64,000 bases of DNA, taken from a bacterium (GTDB lineage: Bacteria; Patescibacteriota; Microgenomatia; UBA1406; GWC2-37-13). The notes beneath the pieces were generated by a model that was not told where the DNA came from, searched no databases, and saw only the letters and a list, made by a program, of their open reading frames with translations. The translations under genes were made by a program, and so were the position numbers. The first letter of the stretch is position 1; the number at the start of each line of letters is the position of its first letter. This document shows positions 18,681 through 28,617 of this stretch, in pieces. Location: contig JAKQDR010000172.1 of assembly GCA_029573715.1 (NCBI GenBank), forward strand, positions 112,241-176,240, read 5' to 3'.

Positions 18681-18881
18681 TTATTGAAGTCCAAGCAACC
18701 TCTTGATTTTCTTGGCATGTACTCCTTCAACTTCTTTCATTTGTTTGAGTCTACGTATTTGGTTTTTGCTCTTGGCTTTTCTTAAATGGCGAATGGTATG
18801 GCTCCGATGGAGCACCTTGCCCCCCGCAGTGACCTTGAATCGCTTTGAAGCGCCTTTATGAGTCCGTTGTTTATTTTTCAT
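18681..18881 (-). CDS. rpmI: 50S ribosomal protein L35
   Basis: 66-aa basic protein MKNKQRTHKGASKRFKVTAGGKVLHRSH... located between infC and rplT. Confidence 0.9.
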   Translation of the reverse strand: MKNKQRTHKGASKRFKVTAGGKVLHRSHTIRHLRKAKSKNQIRRLKQMKEVEGVHAKKIKRLLGLQ

Positions 18882-18915
18882 ACGAAGTGTTTAGGCAGAT
18901 AGTATACCACACAAA

Positions 18916-19458
18916 TCATTTTTTTCGTGCGACAACCGCACGCACCACGCGCGCCTCAAGACGAGGTTCTTTTGACACATTTACTTCGCCCAGTGCTTGA
19001 ATAAAAATGCGCATATGGTCAAGCGCCATAGGGACTCTGCCCAGTTGTCTGCCAACAAGCTTCATATTAATGCGCACTTGATTGCCCTCTTTGAGGAATT
19101 CTTTGGTTTTCTCGATGAGCCTGTTTTTGTCTGCTTCTCCCATAAACAAGGAAATGGGCACATCCTTTACCGTGCTTTTTTTGACTCCCTTTTTTGCTTC
19201 TTTCTCTTTTTTCGACTCCTGATAAAGGAATTTTTTGAAGTCAATGATTTTTGCAACGGGAGGAGTGGCATTTGGGGCGATAAGCACGAGGTCAAGATTT
19301 TTATTTTGCGCGTGTTTGAGGGCATCTGACTTTGAGAGCACGCCAATTTGTCCTTCTTGATCGTCAATGACGCGTAGCTCAGCAGCTTCTATGCGCAGAT
19401 TCACCGCGTAGTATTTGCGGGGTGCTCGTTGGATATGTCTTCTAGGTGCGATTCTCAA
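18916..19458 (-). CDS. infC: translation initiation factor IF-3
   Basis: LRVIDDQEGQIGVLSKSDALKHAQNKNLDLVLIAPNATPPVAKIIDFKKF is a typical IF-3 N-domain. The annotated ATG overlaps the thrS stop, and the real start may be a downstream non-ATG codon. Confidence 0.9.
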   Translation of the reverse strand: MRIAPRRHIQRAPRKYYAVNLRIEAAELRVIDDQEGQIGVLSKSDALKHAQNKNLDLVLIAPNATPPVAKIIDFKKFLYQESKKEKEAKKGVKKSTVKDVPISLFMGEADKNRLIEKTKEFLKEGNQVRINMKLVGRQLGRVPMALDHMRIFIQALGEVNVSKEPRLEARVVRAVVARKK

Positions 19459-21217
19459 TTTCGGAAATTAATTTCTGGACGAATGTGTCAACAGACATCT
19501 GTCCCATGTCTTGCCCAGATCTGCTTCGTAATGAAACAGCATCTGCGCTTACTTCTTTGTCCCCCATTATACCCATGTAGGGCACCTTTTGCAATGTTTG
19601 AAGGCGTATTTTCGCACCGATACTTCGTGCATTACAGTCCACCTCAATACGTACGCCATGTTTTTGCAACACTTCAGCGACATGCATTGCATATGTGTGG
19701 TGGTTCTCGCTTATGGGGAGCAGAGCAACTTGTACCGGGGCAAGCCACAGAGGAAATGCGCCCGCATAGTGCTCGATAAGCACTGATGTGAAGCGCTCAA
19801 TGGAGCCCATAATGGCACAGTGAATCATTACTATTCGCTCCTTCTCTCCCGCTTCATTCGTGCAGTGCAAGTCAAATCGTTCGGGCATATTTACATCAAG
19901 TTGAATAGTTGCAACCTGCCATTGCCTTCCGAGTGAGTCTTTTGCCATAAAGTCGATTTTTGGCCCATAAAATGCCGCTTCACCTGGTGCAACTTCATAT
20001 GTAGCCCCTCTTTGAGTTGCAAGGCCTTCAAGCGCTTGCTCAGCCTCTTGCCAAAGTGCTTCTGTCCCCAAATACGCCGACATATTATTTGGATCATGAA
20101 ATGACAGTCGAATGTGAAGTTCAAAACCAAAGGCGCCATAGAACGTGTCTACGATGTCCCACACCGATGAAGCCTCTGTTGCGATTTGACTTTTTCTACA
20201 AAACACATGGGCATCATCTTGGGTGATGCATCTCACCCGCGATAATCCCGCCAGCTCACCCGATTGTTCATCTCGATACACCATGGTTGTCTCGGCATAC
20301 CGTTGGGGGAGGTCCCGATAACTTCTTGGGAGGTGAGCATAAATCTGTGTGTGATGCGGGCAGTTCATTGGTTTCATGGCGAACGTGTGCCCTTCTCTGG
20401 TTTCTATCTTAAACAACTCTTGTTCGAATTTGGCCCAGTGCCCCGATGTTTCATACAAATCTTTTTTTGTAATATGAGGTATCGTCACCTTTTGATAGCC
20501 TTTTTCTTTGCGTAATTTCCAAACAAAATCATCTAATATATCGCGCACCAACGTGCCTTTTGGCGTCCACAACGGCAATCCTCCACCAACCAACTCAGAA
20601 AAGGTGAATAAATCTAAATCCCTTCCCAGTTTTTTGTGATCTCTCTTTTTCGCTTCCTCAAGCATTGTTAAATAGCCACCCAATTCTTCTTTCGTAAAAA
20701 ATGCAGTGCCATATATTCGGGTAAGCATAGTGTTTTTTTCATCGCCACGCCAATACGCACCCGCAACAGACATCAGTTTGAAATGTAGCAGTGTTTCACG
20801 GGGGTTCTGGATGTGTCCTCCACGGCACAAGTCAACAAATGACCCCGACTGATAGAGCGTCACCACTTCACCTTTGGAAACAATTTCATCAATGAGTTCA
20901 AGTTTGTATTTATTATTTGCAAACTCTTTTCGTGCTTCATCTGCGTGCACTTCCCGTCGTGAAAATGATTCCCACGATTTAACGATTCGCACCATTTCTT
21001 TTTCAATTTTGGTTAAATCTGCATCGGAAATTTTCTCGTCTCCAAAATCAAAATCATAATAAAATCCTTCTGCGGTTGAGGGCCCCAACGTAGGCTGGGC
21101 ATGGGGCCATATTGATTTGACTGCTGCGGCAAGCAGATGTGCGCAACTATGTCGAAGATCAGCAAGTGATGTGTTTTGGTCCATAAGAATAATGTGCAAA
21201 AAAGATGTGACTTTCAA
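19442..21217 (-). CDS. thrS: threonine--tRNA ligase
   Basis: 591 aa. It has a class II core, an HxxxH editing-like N-terminus (RHSCAHLLA) and a C-terminal anticodon-binding domain. It lies upstream of infC as in many bacteria. Confidence 0.95.
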   Translation of the reverse strand: MKVTSFLHIILMDQNTSLADLRHSCAHLLAAAVKSIWPHAQPTLGPSTAEGFYYDFDFGDEKISDADLTKIEKEMVRIVKSWESFSRREVHADEARKEFANNKYKLELIDEIVSKGEVVTLYQSGSFVDLCRGGHIQNPRETLLHFKLMSVAGAYWRGDEKNTMLTRIYGTAFFTKEELGGYLTMLEEAKKRDHKKLGRDLDLFTFSELVGGGLPLWTPKGTLVRDILDDFVWKLRKEKGYQKVTIPHITKKDLYETSGHWAKFEQELFKIETREGHTFAMKPMNCPHHTQIYAHLPRSYRDLPQRYAETTMVYRDEQSGELAGLSRVRCITQDDAHVFCRKSQIATEASSVWDIVDTFYGAFGFELHIRLSFHDPNNMSAYLGTEALWQEAEQALEGLATQRGATYEVAPGEAAFYGPKIDFMAKDSLGRQWQVATIQLDVNMPERFDLHCTNEAGEKERIVMIHCAIMGSIERFTSVLIEHYAGAFPLWLAPVQVALLPISENHHTYAMHVAEVLQKHGVRIEVDCNARSIGAKIRLQTLQKVPYMGIMGDKEVSADAVSLRSRSGQDMGQMSVDTFVQKLISEIENRT

Positions 21218-21243
21218 TCATACTATAAATCCCAATGGGGACA

Positions 21244-22560
21244 TTATGTCTTTGTGCTGTCCCCTTCTTTTCTATGACCAAACTCCTGCAGAATAAGATT
21301 CTTAAGCGTGTCATAATCATCTTCAATTGATGCAAAGCGAGATTTTCTATCTTTGCATCGCTCAAGTACCACCGTGTGATCAACATGTATCCCTGCACTT
21401 TTCTTAATTTCTTCTGCGTATTTATGAGGGGATGATGTGGTTACAATCACAATGTGTTTTTTGGGGGATGCAATCTCATCAGCCACAACCCATGCCCGAG
21501 CGGTGCCCGGCTCAGTAAGATAATGATACTCATGCCACACGGCATGCATCATGTGCATGGCTTTACTGTCACGCACGGCATATGCCTCAAAGAGCTCGGC
21601 AAACCGATGATGTGAATATCCGCAAAAGTGCATTATACGAGGGAAGTTAGTGAAGTTTTGATGTTCTGCTAAGGTGATTTGGTCTGATGAATAGGCTTTT
21701 CCATTATATTTTCCATTTTTCGAATATTCTGGTGCAAAACTCTCTTCCATAGTGGCCAATACAATTTTCTCAAACGGAATTCCCATAAGTTGGGCGAGAA
21801 GGGCCGAAATTGAGTTCCCAAAATTTGCAGTTGGGATGACAAGAGTCGCGAGGTTTGGATACATAAGCGCATACAAGTAGACGAAGTAGATGATTTGAGG
21901 CAGTATCCTCCCAATGTTTATTGAATTGGCCGATGTGAGGCCAAGTTTCTGTATTTCAGGATCTTCAAATGCTTGCCGCACGAGCCTATGGCATTGTGAA
22001 TAAGAACCATCAACCTCAACTGCAAGGACATTATCACCAATCTTAAGAAGCTGCTCTCGTTTCAGTTTATTTTGGAGATGTTTTGAAAATAGCAAAAGCA
22101 CTCGTGCATGTTCAATGTCGGTAAAACTATGTCCTACTGCGATGCCTGTGTCACCCGATGTAGCCATGAGCACATTCACACCTTTTTTCTTTTTTTTGAG
22201 ATATGCCTGCATTGTGTGGGCGAGCACTTTCGCGGCGACATCCTTGTGGGACATGGTTGGCCCATGGAAAAGCTCAAGCACCTTGTATCCTCCTACCTCA
22301 ACAAGGGGTATGGGAAAAGAAACTGCTTTTTGAGCGATGTTTTCAATCTCTTGTTTTGAAAGCTCATCCCCCATCCACTTCTCAAGAGTGAGCATCGCAA
22401 TGTCATGGAGCGTCATGTGGGGTATTTGTTCAAGCTCGCGTTTGGTGAACTGAGGCACATGCTCAGGCACATACATGCCTCCATCAGGGGCAACCCCTAA
22501 AAATATTGCATCTTCCATGCGGACCGGTGGTGATTTTTTTTTGAGACTTATGTATTTCAT
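21244..22560 (-). CDS. thrC: threonine synthase-like PLP enzyme
   Basis: FHGPTMSHKDVAA matches the FHGPT.SFKD PLP-lysine motif of ThrC. The length (438 aa) fits. Confidence 0.75.
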   Translation of the reverse strand: MKYISLKKKSPPVRMEDAIFLGVAPDGGMYVPEHVPQFTKRELEQIPHMTLHDIAMLTLEKWMGDELSKQEIENIAQKAVSFPIPLVEVGGYKVLELFHGPTMSHKDVAAKVLAHTMQAYLKKKKKGVNVLMATSGDTGIAVGHSFTDIEHARVLLLFSKHLQNKLKREQLLKIGDNVLAVEVDGSYSQCHRLVRQAFEDPEIQKLGLTSANSINIGRILPQIIYFVYLYALMYPNLATLVIPTANFGNSISALLAQLMGIPFEKIVLATMEESFAPEYSKNGKYNGKAYSSDQITLAEHQNFTNFPRIMHFCGYSHHRFAELFEAYAVRDSKAMHMMHAVWHEYHYLTEPGTARAWVVADEIASPKKHIVIVTTSSPHKYAEEIKKSAGIHVDHTVVLERCKDRKSRFASIEDDYDTLKNLILQEFGHRKEGDSTKT

Positions 22561-22573
22561 ACAGCGTGAACCT

Positions 22574-22598
22574 AAAAAAAATCCCGCTTTGTGCGGGG
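22574..22598 (-). terminator. intrinsic terminator between trpS and thrC
   Basis: The minus strand reads CCCCGCacaaaGCGGGAttttttttagg, a stem followed by a T8 run. It lies just upstream of the thrC start. Confidence 0.65.
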
Positions 22599-22730
22599 TT
22601 TCTTTGTGCTTATCAGACGAACCCCCCGCTTAGGCAGGAATTTTGCATCGGGTGATAAGATAAATATTCATTGGTATCGCAAACTATTGTATGTCATGAT
22701 ACAGTGCTTGTCAATGTAACATTTTATGCT

Positions 22731-23723
22731 CTATGCATTTATTCCACACGCGCGTTGTACTTTGGAAATGGTCTTTGTGGCAATTTCTCGTGCGCGTTCA
22801 CTCCCCGCTTTGCGAAGCGCAGAGAGTTTCGGTACATCGGCTGCCAATTCGACATGCGCATCTCTATACGGCTTGAAATAGTGCAAAAATTTTTCATAGA
22901 GCATTTCTTTAATCGCAACATCTCCTATCTTCCCTTCTCGATACTGTTCTCGCAATTCTTCCAACTGTTGGGCGTCAAAGTCAAGAAGTTGCAAGTACGA
23001 AAAACACACATTTTTTGCAGGATCTCCAGGGTCAGTTGGACGGATGCGAGATGGGTCTGTAGTGATGCGCATAATGTGCGTATAGAGCTCTTTCTCGTTG
23101 CCAAAGATTGGCAAGTCATTGCCCAATGATTTGCTCATTTTGCGCTGACCATCTGTTCCCAGTATGCGGGCGGTTTCCTTTTGAATCTTTACTTCCGGGA
23201 CAGTCAGCACATTCCCAAATCGGTTGTTAAACGTTCGGGCGATCTCACGTGTGATTTCAACGTGTTGTTTTTGGTCTTCTCCAACCGGCACCAAATCGAC
23301 ATCAAATAGCAATATGTCAGCAGCCATAAGAACCGGATATTCAAATAGTCCTGCAGATATCTCATCAGGACTTACTTCATGAGCAAGTTTATCTTTGTAT
23401 CCGTGCATGCGCTTCAACTCTGCGACAGTCACGACATTATTCAATATCGTCTGCAGATAGGGAATCTCCGGCACATCAGACTCAACAAAAAAGATTGATT
23501 TTTGTGGATCAATGCCGAGCGCAAGGTACTGCAAAAATATGGCGCTGGTGTTGTTTCGGATTTCATCCGGTGTATACACAGTATTAAGTGAATGGAGGTT
23601 TGCAACCAAAAACAAACACTCCCCTTCAGTCTGAAGCTCCACAAACCGCTTGACCATCCCAAAATAATTCCCGATGTGCAAACCCTTGCTTGATGACGGA
23701 TTGATGCCAGAAAGTATTCTCAT
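22731..23723 (-). CDS. trpS: tryptophan--tRNA ligase
   Basis: HIGH-like GLHIGNYFG and KMSKS (RKMSKSLGN) motifs are present. Length is 330 aa. Confidence 0.95.
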   Translation of the reverse strand: MRILSGINPSSSKGLHIGNYFGMVKRFVELQTEGECLFLVANLHSLNTVYTPDEIRNNTSAIFLQYLALGIDPQKSIFFVESDVPEIPYLQTILNNVVTVAELKRMHGYKDKLAHEVSPDEISAGLFEYPVLMAADILLFDVDLVPVGEDQKQHVEITREIARTFNNRFGNVLTVPEVKIQKETARILGTDGQRKMSKSLGNDLPIFGNEKELYTHIMRITTDPSRIRPTDPGDPAKNVCFSYLQLLDFDAQQLEELREQYREGKIGDVAIKEMLYEKFLHYFKPYRDAHVELAADVPKLSALRKAGSERAREIATKTISKVQRACGINA

Positions 23724-23731
23724 AGAATGTG

Positions 23732-24434
23732 TTATGAAATTGAGTAATTGTATACTGCATCAGCAAGTATTTGTAACGTATCATAGGTTTGAATTCCAAT
23801 GCGCTCGTTTTGTAGCGCCAGAGGAAGCTCAGTGCAGCCAAGCACCACTCCATCAACACCCTGCTTATTAGTATCAATGATGGATAGAAGCTCAGCCTTA
23901 GATTGTGGTGTTGGACCGTTATCAAGAACAGATGTTATGACGCCAAACAGTCGTTTTTGATCTGCATTGGTTGGCACCCGAACGCTCACCCCTGCTTTTT
24001 GCAATTTGTTTTGATAAAGTTTGTTTTTAAGCGTGAATGGTGTCCCAAGAAGCAAAACACGTTTCGCATCATGTGCAATTACCGCACGCACAGTTTCATC
24101 AATGATCGAAAGCAAGGGCACAGAAACCGCTTGCTGCATATCATCAAAAAACATATGCACTGTGTTGCAAGCAACAACAATCACATCACCTCCCGCCCGC
24201 TCAAGCGTTTGACAGCCGGATGCAAGTTGAGCGGCGATGAAGGCCCGGTCGATAGGAGCTCTGCCAGGGCATCACTGGATTGATGCTGTTTAAGATAATC
24301 TGTGGGAAATCAGAATCAAACTTCGCCCCGGCCTTGCATTGAAAGTTTCGCACAATGCGCAAAAACAAATCCGCCCCTGCCTGAGGGCCCATACCGCCTA
24401 ATATACCAATAGTCTTACGCGTTTTGCTATTCAT
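23732..24434 (-). pseudogene. aspartate/glutamate racemase-family gene split by a frameshift
   Basis: N-terminal ORF 24201..24434 (IGILGGMGPQAGADLF...) and C-terminal ORF 23732..24184 (..GGDVIVVACNTVH...VLGCTELPL) are two halves of one Asp/Glu racemase fold. The frames meet near 24255-24280. Confidence 0.7.
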
Positions 24435-24576
24435 ACTAAGAATTCAATTTATAAAGTGGGTTAAGGAAGAACAAGAGGAAAGGTCCTGATTAGGACCAAT
24501 AATGCAGAAGAGCCATAGTGATGGCTCTGTAGGGAAGTGATGAGTTTACCTCCTGAAGTTTCATATGGGTATTATA

Positions 24577-25386
24577 TCATGATACGACAATATATTCACG
24601 CGCAAGATTGAGCATTTCAGAGGAACATTCTTTGTTAGAAATGACGATGTATTTGGACGATGTGTATACATCAAGAGGATTACCATGCTCATCAAGCATT
24701 ACTCCTCCTGCGGCACGCACAATAATGTCTGAAGCTGCGCGATCCCACACAAATGCCGCCGGCGTGCATGCGCACTTAAGGTGCCCTGAAGCGACAAGGC
24801 TTGCGTAATAGCAAATAGAATGAATCTCTTCCGTGCGGATTTGTCGTTCATTCAACACGCGTGAAAGTGCAGTGCAATCAAAATGCATGACTGATTCTTT
24901 GATAAATGTATTTATGCCCACCACATCGCCAGCAGTTAAGTCACCTGATCTTGTGGTGATGGCACGATCATTGGCAAACGCCGGCGAACCTTCAAATGCA
25001 TGTAGTAAAATATCTTTGTACGGATCATACATGACCCCAAATATCGGTTGTTTGTTGCGATAGAGTGCTAAGGAAAATATGGAGCATGGTATGCGGATTG
25101 TGTAGGGAATTGTGCCATCTATCGGGTCACAAATCCACTCAAATTCCTCCTGGCCGGTAGAACGACTTCCTTCTTCAGCTACTATACCGTGAGAAGGAAA
25201 ATGCTTTGAAATGGTATCAAGCACAAGTTTATTGATCTGTGTATCGGCGACAGTGAGCGGGGTTGAGTCTTCTTTTATGGATTCTCGCATATCAGTTGCG
25301 AAGTGCGTTCTCATGATATCTCCAGCTTGGTGGGCCAATTTCTTTGCGGCTTCAAACTCTGTAGAGAAATCGTGAGGATTGATCAT
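24577..25386 (-). CDS. inositol monophosphatase family protein
   Basis: It has the WICDPIDGT metal-binding motif and the family's typical length. Confidence 0.8.
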   Translation of the reverse strand: MINPHDFSTEFEAAKKLAHQAGDIMRTHFATDMRESIKEDSTPLTVADTQINKLVLDTISKHFPSHGIVAEEGSRSTGQEEFEWICDPIDGTIPYTIRIPCSIFSLALYRNKQPIFGVMYDPYKDILLHAFEGSPAFANDRAITTRSGDLTAGDVVGINTFIKESVMHFDCTALSRVLNERQIRTEEIHSICYYASLVASGHLKCACTPAAFVWDRAASDIIVRAAGGVMLDEHGNPLDVYTSSKYIVISNKECSSEMLNLAREYIVVS

Positions 25387-25394
25387 ATGTCGAT

Positions 25395-25471
25395 TGGTGA
25401 TCCCGACTGGACTTGAACCAGTGACCTTTTCAATGTCAATGAAACGCTCTAGCCAACTGAGCTACGGGATC
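25395..25471 (-). tRNA. tRNA-Val(GAC), CCA encoded
   Basis: The reverse complement GATCCCGTAGCTCAGTTGGCTAGAGCGTTTCATTGACATTGAAAAGGTCACTGGTTCAAGTCCAGTCGGGATCACCA folds as a cloverleaf. Confidence 0.9.
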
Positions 25472-25512
25472 AATAATAACTGTTAGCTATAAGCGAATAG
25501 CTAATAGCTATT

Positions 25513-25589
25513 TGGCGAGACCAAGGGGACTCGAACCCCCAACCTCCGCCGTGACAGGGCGGCGCTCTGACCAATTGAGCTATGATCCC
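25513..25589 (-). tRNA. tRNA-Asp(GUC), CCA encoded
   Basis: The reverse complement GGGATCATAGCTCAATTGGTCAGAGCGCCGCCCTGTCACGGCGGAGGTTGGGGGTTCGAGTCCCCTTGGTCTCGCCA folds as a cloverleaf (two G-U pairs in the acceptor stem). Confidence 0.9.
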
Positions 25590-25675
25590 TTTCTGTGTAA
25601 TCTTCTACGTTCATTATACCAAAAGAAATCAGGGAGTAATACCTCCAAACCCAGTTTGATATCATTGATAGGAAT

Positions 25676-27469
25676 ATGCACGAAACATCCACACATCAAT
25701 TGTTCGCACATATAGCCGAAACAAAGGCAAGAAAACCTGAAGCACCGCAAGCAACAAAACCAATAGAAGCGTATCAAATTAAGGACACAGTTGTAATGGG
25801 AATGATGCAACGTATTCACCGCGAATTATTCCCGTCAGAGAGCGCAGATGCAAAAATGGTTGCCGAATATGCAAAACAGATGTTTTTTGAGATTACAAAT
25901 GTTGCACAGTGGATACAAAAATTGCCATCAATTGGAAGTTTAGAAGCGTCATTACCATCACTATCCGGAAAATTAGTTCACACAGCACGCATTCTTGCTG
26001 AATCCCCGCAGGTCACTCTAAGAGATCCTGCATTAGCATGGAAGGCGCGACGGATACTCGTCCATATGTTGAATACTCTTGAGATCGCAACAGATAGTAA
26101 GTCGGGGGAACTACGGCAAGGAGTAGGTGGTATATCTGGTGTTCAGTTGGCTCAGCACATTAATGCTGAAGCAACACGTCTCGCTGGCGTCCTCAGGGCA
26201 TTACCTGACACAAGAGACATCAAAGTAGTATGCATTACAGATGGCGTTTACGGATATAGATTTCAACTTCCCCAATATGGGCGTGATTCACTCAATATTG
26301 TAGTGAGTCAGATTGCTGATAATGCATCTGTGCAAAATCCACTCAGAATAGATAAATCTAACATGCGTGATCCCGAGGTGGCACGAGCACTTGTTGCCCG
26401 ATTGCAATCAAAAGCAGTTCGTCCTTTTGCGCAAGTACTTGTGTCGAGCAACGACATCTTTTTGATGCTTGACCCCAAACAATTTGACGGTTTTACACTA
26501 CAGGAACGGGCGACTCCTGTCCATACGCTTTTGCATTCAAACGCCGATATTTCTAAACAAAGTTCGGGTGAAGCATATGGAATTAATCAACCTATTCGCA
26601 GAGGTCCATTTATTTATGATGCACCTCAGAAAGAGCCTATCCCTATGGAATTATCAAAACAGAGTTTGTCAGCGTTGACCAAACAAGCTGAGGCGTCTTT
26701 ATTTTCTCGACTTGACACGAAAAGTAAACACTATATCGAAAGTCATGCGAATAGGGATAAAACAAGGCAACACGTTCAAATGACACTCAACGCTCTTTTA
26801 GATCTTGTGGACTTGCAATTACAAGTAGAACATAGCCGTCGCACACCTGAGTCAGGCAAAGGCTCAGAAGAATATAGCATGAGGGGAAAAGATATTTTGA
26901 GCCTCATTGAGTTGGTAAGTGATACGAGTGAGAATATAGCAGCTTTTGCGTCTGGGAGCAAAAAAGAGAAAGGTGCGTTTCGGCCGTGGGCTCGAGCCAT
27001 CATAGCCGATGTGGTTGAGGGATTTGTAGTTTCATCGGGGAACTCAGAAAAAGCTCAAATAATCGAAAAACTATATGCAGAAGTAATTATGCAGGCTGGC
27101 ATTCGTCGCAACTTATCAATCCTTGAGCCATCTGACGCGCAGGAAGACATGACATCACAGGTAGATTATTGGTTACGAGATGAAAGATCAAATACGCGCA
27201 TACCTGTGCAGATTAAACGTACGCGTGAATATACTGATGGTCCTATTCGAATCCATAAAAATAGCACACCGCTAGATATTGCCGCTAATCAAATAAATGG
27301 CCGCACACTAGCACGAAAGGCAAACACGTTCTTCGGATTACACCCGGGCGGGATGTTCATCATTCTCCCGTACTACATGATTGATCCGGTTAGTTTACGT
27401 ATACATCCTCATTACTGCGCTCAATCAGTCGACGACATCATTGCTCAGCTTAGAGAAGGTATAAAATAA
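25676..27469 (+). CDS. hypothetical protein (597 aa), no family recognised
   Basis: Long ORF followed by terminator 27510-27558. The C-terminal segment VDYWLRDE...IPVQIKRT is vaguely PD-(D/E)xK-like (weak, by eye). Confidence 0.65.
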   Translation: MHETSTHQLFAHIAETKARKPEAPQATKPIEAYQIKDTVVMGMMQRIHRELFPSESADAKMVAEYAKQMFFEITNVAQWIQKLPSIGSLEASLPSLSGKLVHTARILAESPQVTLRDPALAWKARRILVHMLNTLEIATDSKSGELRQGVGGISGVQLAQHINAEATRLAGVLRALPDTRDIKVVCITDGVYGYRFQLPQYGRDSLNIVVSQIADNASVQNPLRIDKSNMRDPEVARALVARLQSKAVRPFAQVLVSSNDIFLMLDPKQFDGFTLQERATPVHTLLHSNADISKQSSGEAYGINQPIRRGPFIYDAPQKEPIPMELSKQSLSALTKQAEASLFSRLDTKSKHYIESHANRDKTRQHVQMTLNALLDLVDLQLQVEHSRRTPESGKGSEEYSMRGKDILSLIELVSDTSENIAAFASGSKKEKGAFRPWARAIIADVVEGFVVSSGNSEKAQIIEKLYAEVIMQAGIRRNLSILEPSDAQEDMTSQVDYWLRDERSNTRIPVQIKRTREYTDGPIRIHKNSTPLDIAANQINGRTLARKANTFFGLHPGGMFIILPYYMIDPVSLRIHPHYCAQSVDDIIAQLREGIK

Positions 27470-27509
27470 CATCACTTGCATTACCTATAGTATGTGGTAC
27501 AATAACACC

Positions 27510-27558
27510 ATCCCTCCTGGTTTCTCGCTAAGGTTGAGAGGCTTCGGAGGATTTTTTT
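27510..27558 (+). terminator. intrinsic terminator candidate after 25676..27469
   Basis: ATCCCTCC ... GGAGGAT stem followed by TTTTTTT. Confidence 0.55.
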
Positions 27559-27634
27559 GTGGGAAAAATATACCGGTGAAATAGTCTTCCCATTTGAAAC
27601 CTTCATAGTACAATAGGTACAAATTAAAATCTTT

Positions 27635-28606
27635 ATGTACACATACACAAAAAAACAACTCCCCAAACACACCGTCGAGTTTACCGTTGAGATCGTGTGG
27701 GATCATGTCGAGAAAATGCGCGATACCACCTTTGCAAAGATGACCGAGAATGTGCAAGCCCCCGGTTTTCGTAAGGGTAAAGCTCCCAAAGAAATCGCAG
27801 CTCGATATATTGATCCGCAAAAGCTGTATGAGCAAGTTGTTCGATCACTGCTCCCCCCCATATATGATGAGCTTGTACAAAAAGAGAGCCTTAAGCCAAT
27901 CACGAGCCCCTCTGTTGAGCTTATTGAAGCAAAAGATAAAGCGCCATGGAAGTTAAAAATGATTGTCGCTCAAGTGCCCGAAGTCAAACTCAACGATTAT
28001 AAAAAGCACGTGAGCAAACTTCACAAAGATGCACAAAAGAAAAATGATGAGACACCCAAAGCATCAGATGAGTCAACGAACGAAAAAGCCACCAACGATA
28101 AAACTAAAAAATCCCCAGAAAAATCGCCCACAGAAACCGATGCAAACAAACCCGCTGCACACGATGACAACACCACCACTCAACAAAATGTTGAAACAAA
28201 AAAAGTTGCTACCTTGTCTGAAGTATTTTCCACATTACTCAAACACACTGAATGCGAAGTTCCTGATTTACTCTTGCAAGAGGAGGTTAATCGAAAGCTT
28301 GCACAGCTTGCCGATGATGTGCGGAAAGTGGGCCTGACAGTTGAAAAATATCTTGAAAGCAAAAAAACTACCGTTGAAGCGCTTCGTACACAATTTGCAA
28401 AAGATGCGCAAGAAATGTATCAAATAGAATTCGTGCTTGCAGAAATTGCCAAGACAGAAAAGCTCGAGGTAGATAAGGCTGAGCTTGAAGGCATATTGGC
28501 AGGTGCACGGACAGATAACGAGCGCGAAGTGGCTCAGGCGAATATGGCGTGGTATGAGACACTTCTTCGAAAACAAAAGGTGATTGACTTTCTGAACGGC
28601 CTATAG
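27635..28606 (+). CDS. tig: trigger factor lacking the PPIase domain
   Basis: The N-terminal ribosome-binding signature APGFRKGKAPKE and a typical C-terminal domain are present. The middle is a K/E/T/D-rich low-complexity linker. Total length is 323 aa. Confidence 0.8.
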   Translation: MYTYTKKQLPKHTVEFTVEIVWDHVEKMRDTTFAKMTENVQAPGFRKGKAPKEIAARYIDPQKLYEQVVRSLLPPIYDELVQKESLKPITSPSVELIEAKDKAPWKLKMIVAQVPEVKLNDYKKHVSKLHKDAQKKNDETPKASDESTNEKATNDKTKKSPEKSPTETDANKPAAHDDNTTTQQNVETKKVATLSEVFSTLLKHTECEVPDLLLQEEVNRKLAQLADDVRKVGLTVEKYLESKKTTVEALRTQFAKDAQEMYQIEFVLAEIAKTEKLEVDKAELEGILAGARTDNEREVAQANMAWYETLLRKQKVIDFLNGL

Positions 28607-28617
28607 TATAATTTAGC

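Noticed and set aside
25501-25819. Track ORFs 25501..25692, 25512..25715 and 25580..25819
   Set aside because: They overlap tRNA-Asp or the 5' end of the 597-aa gene on the wrong strand or frame. They are short and have no supporting features.
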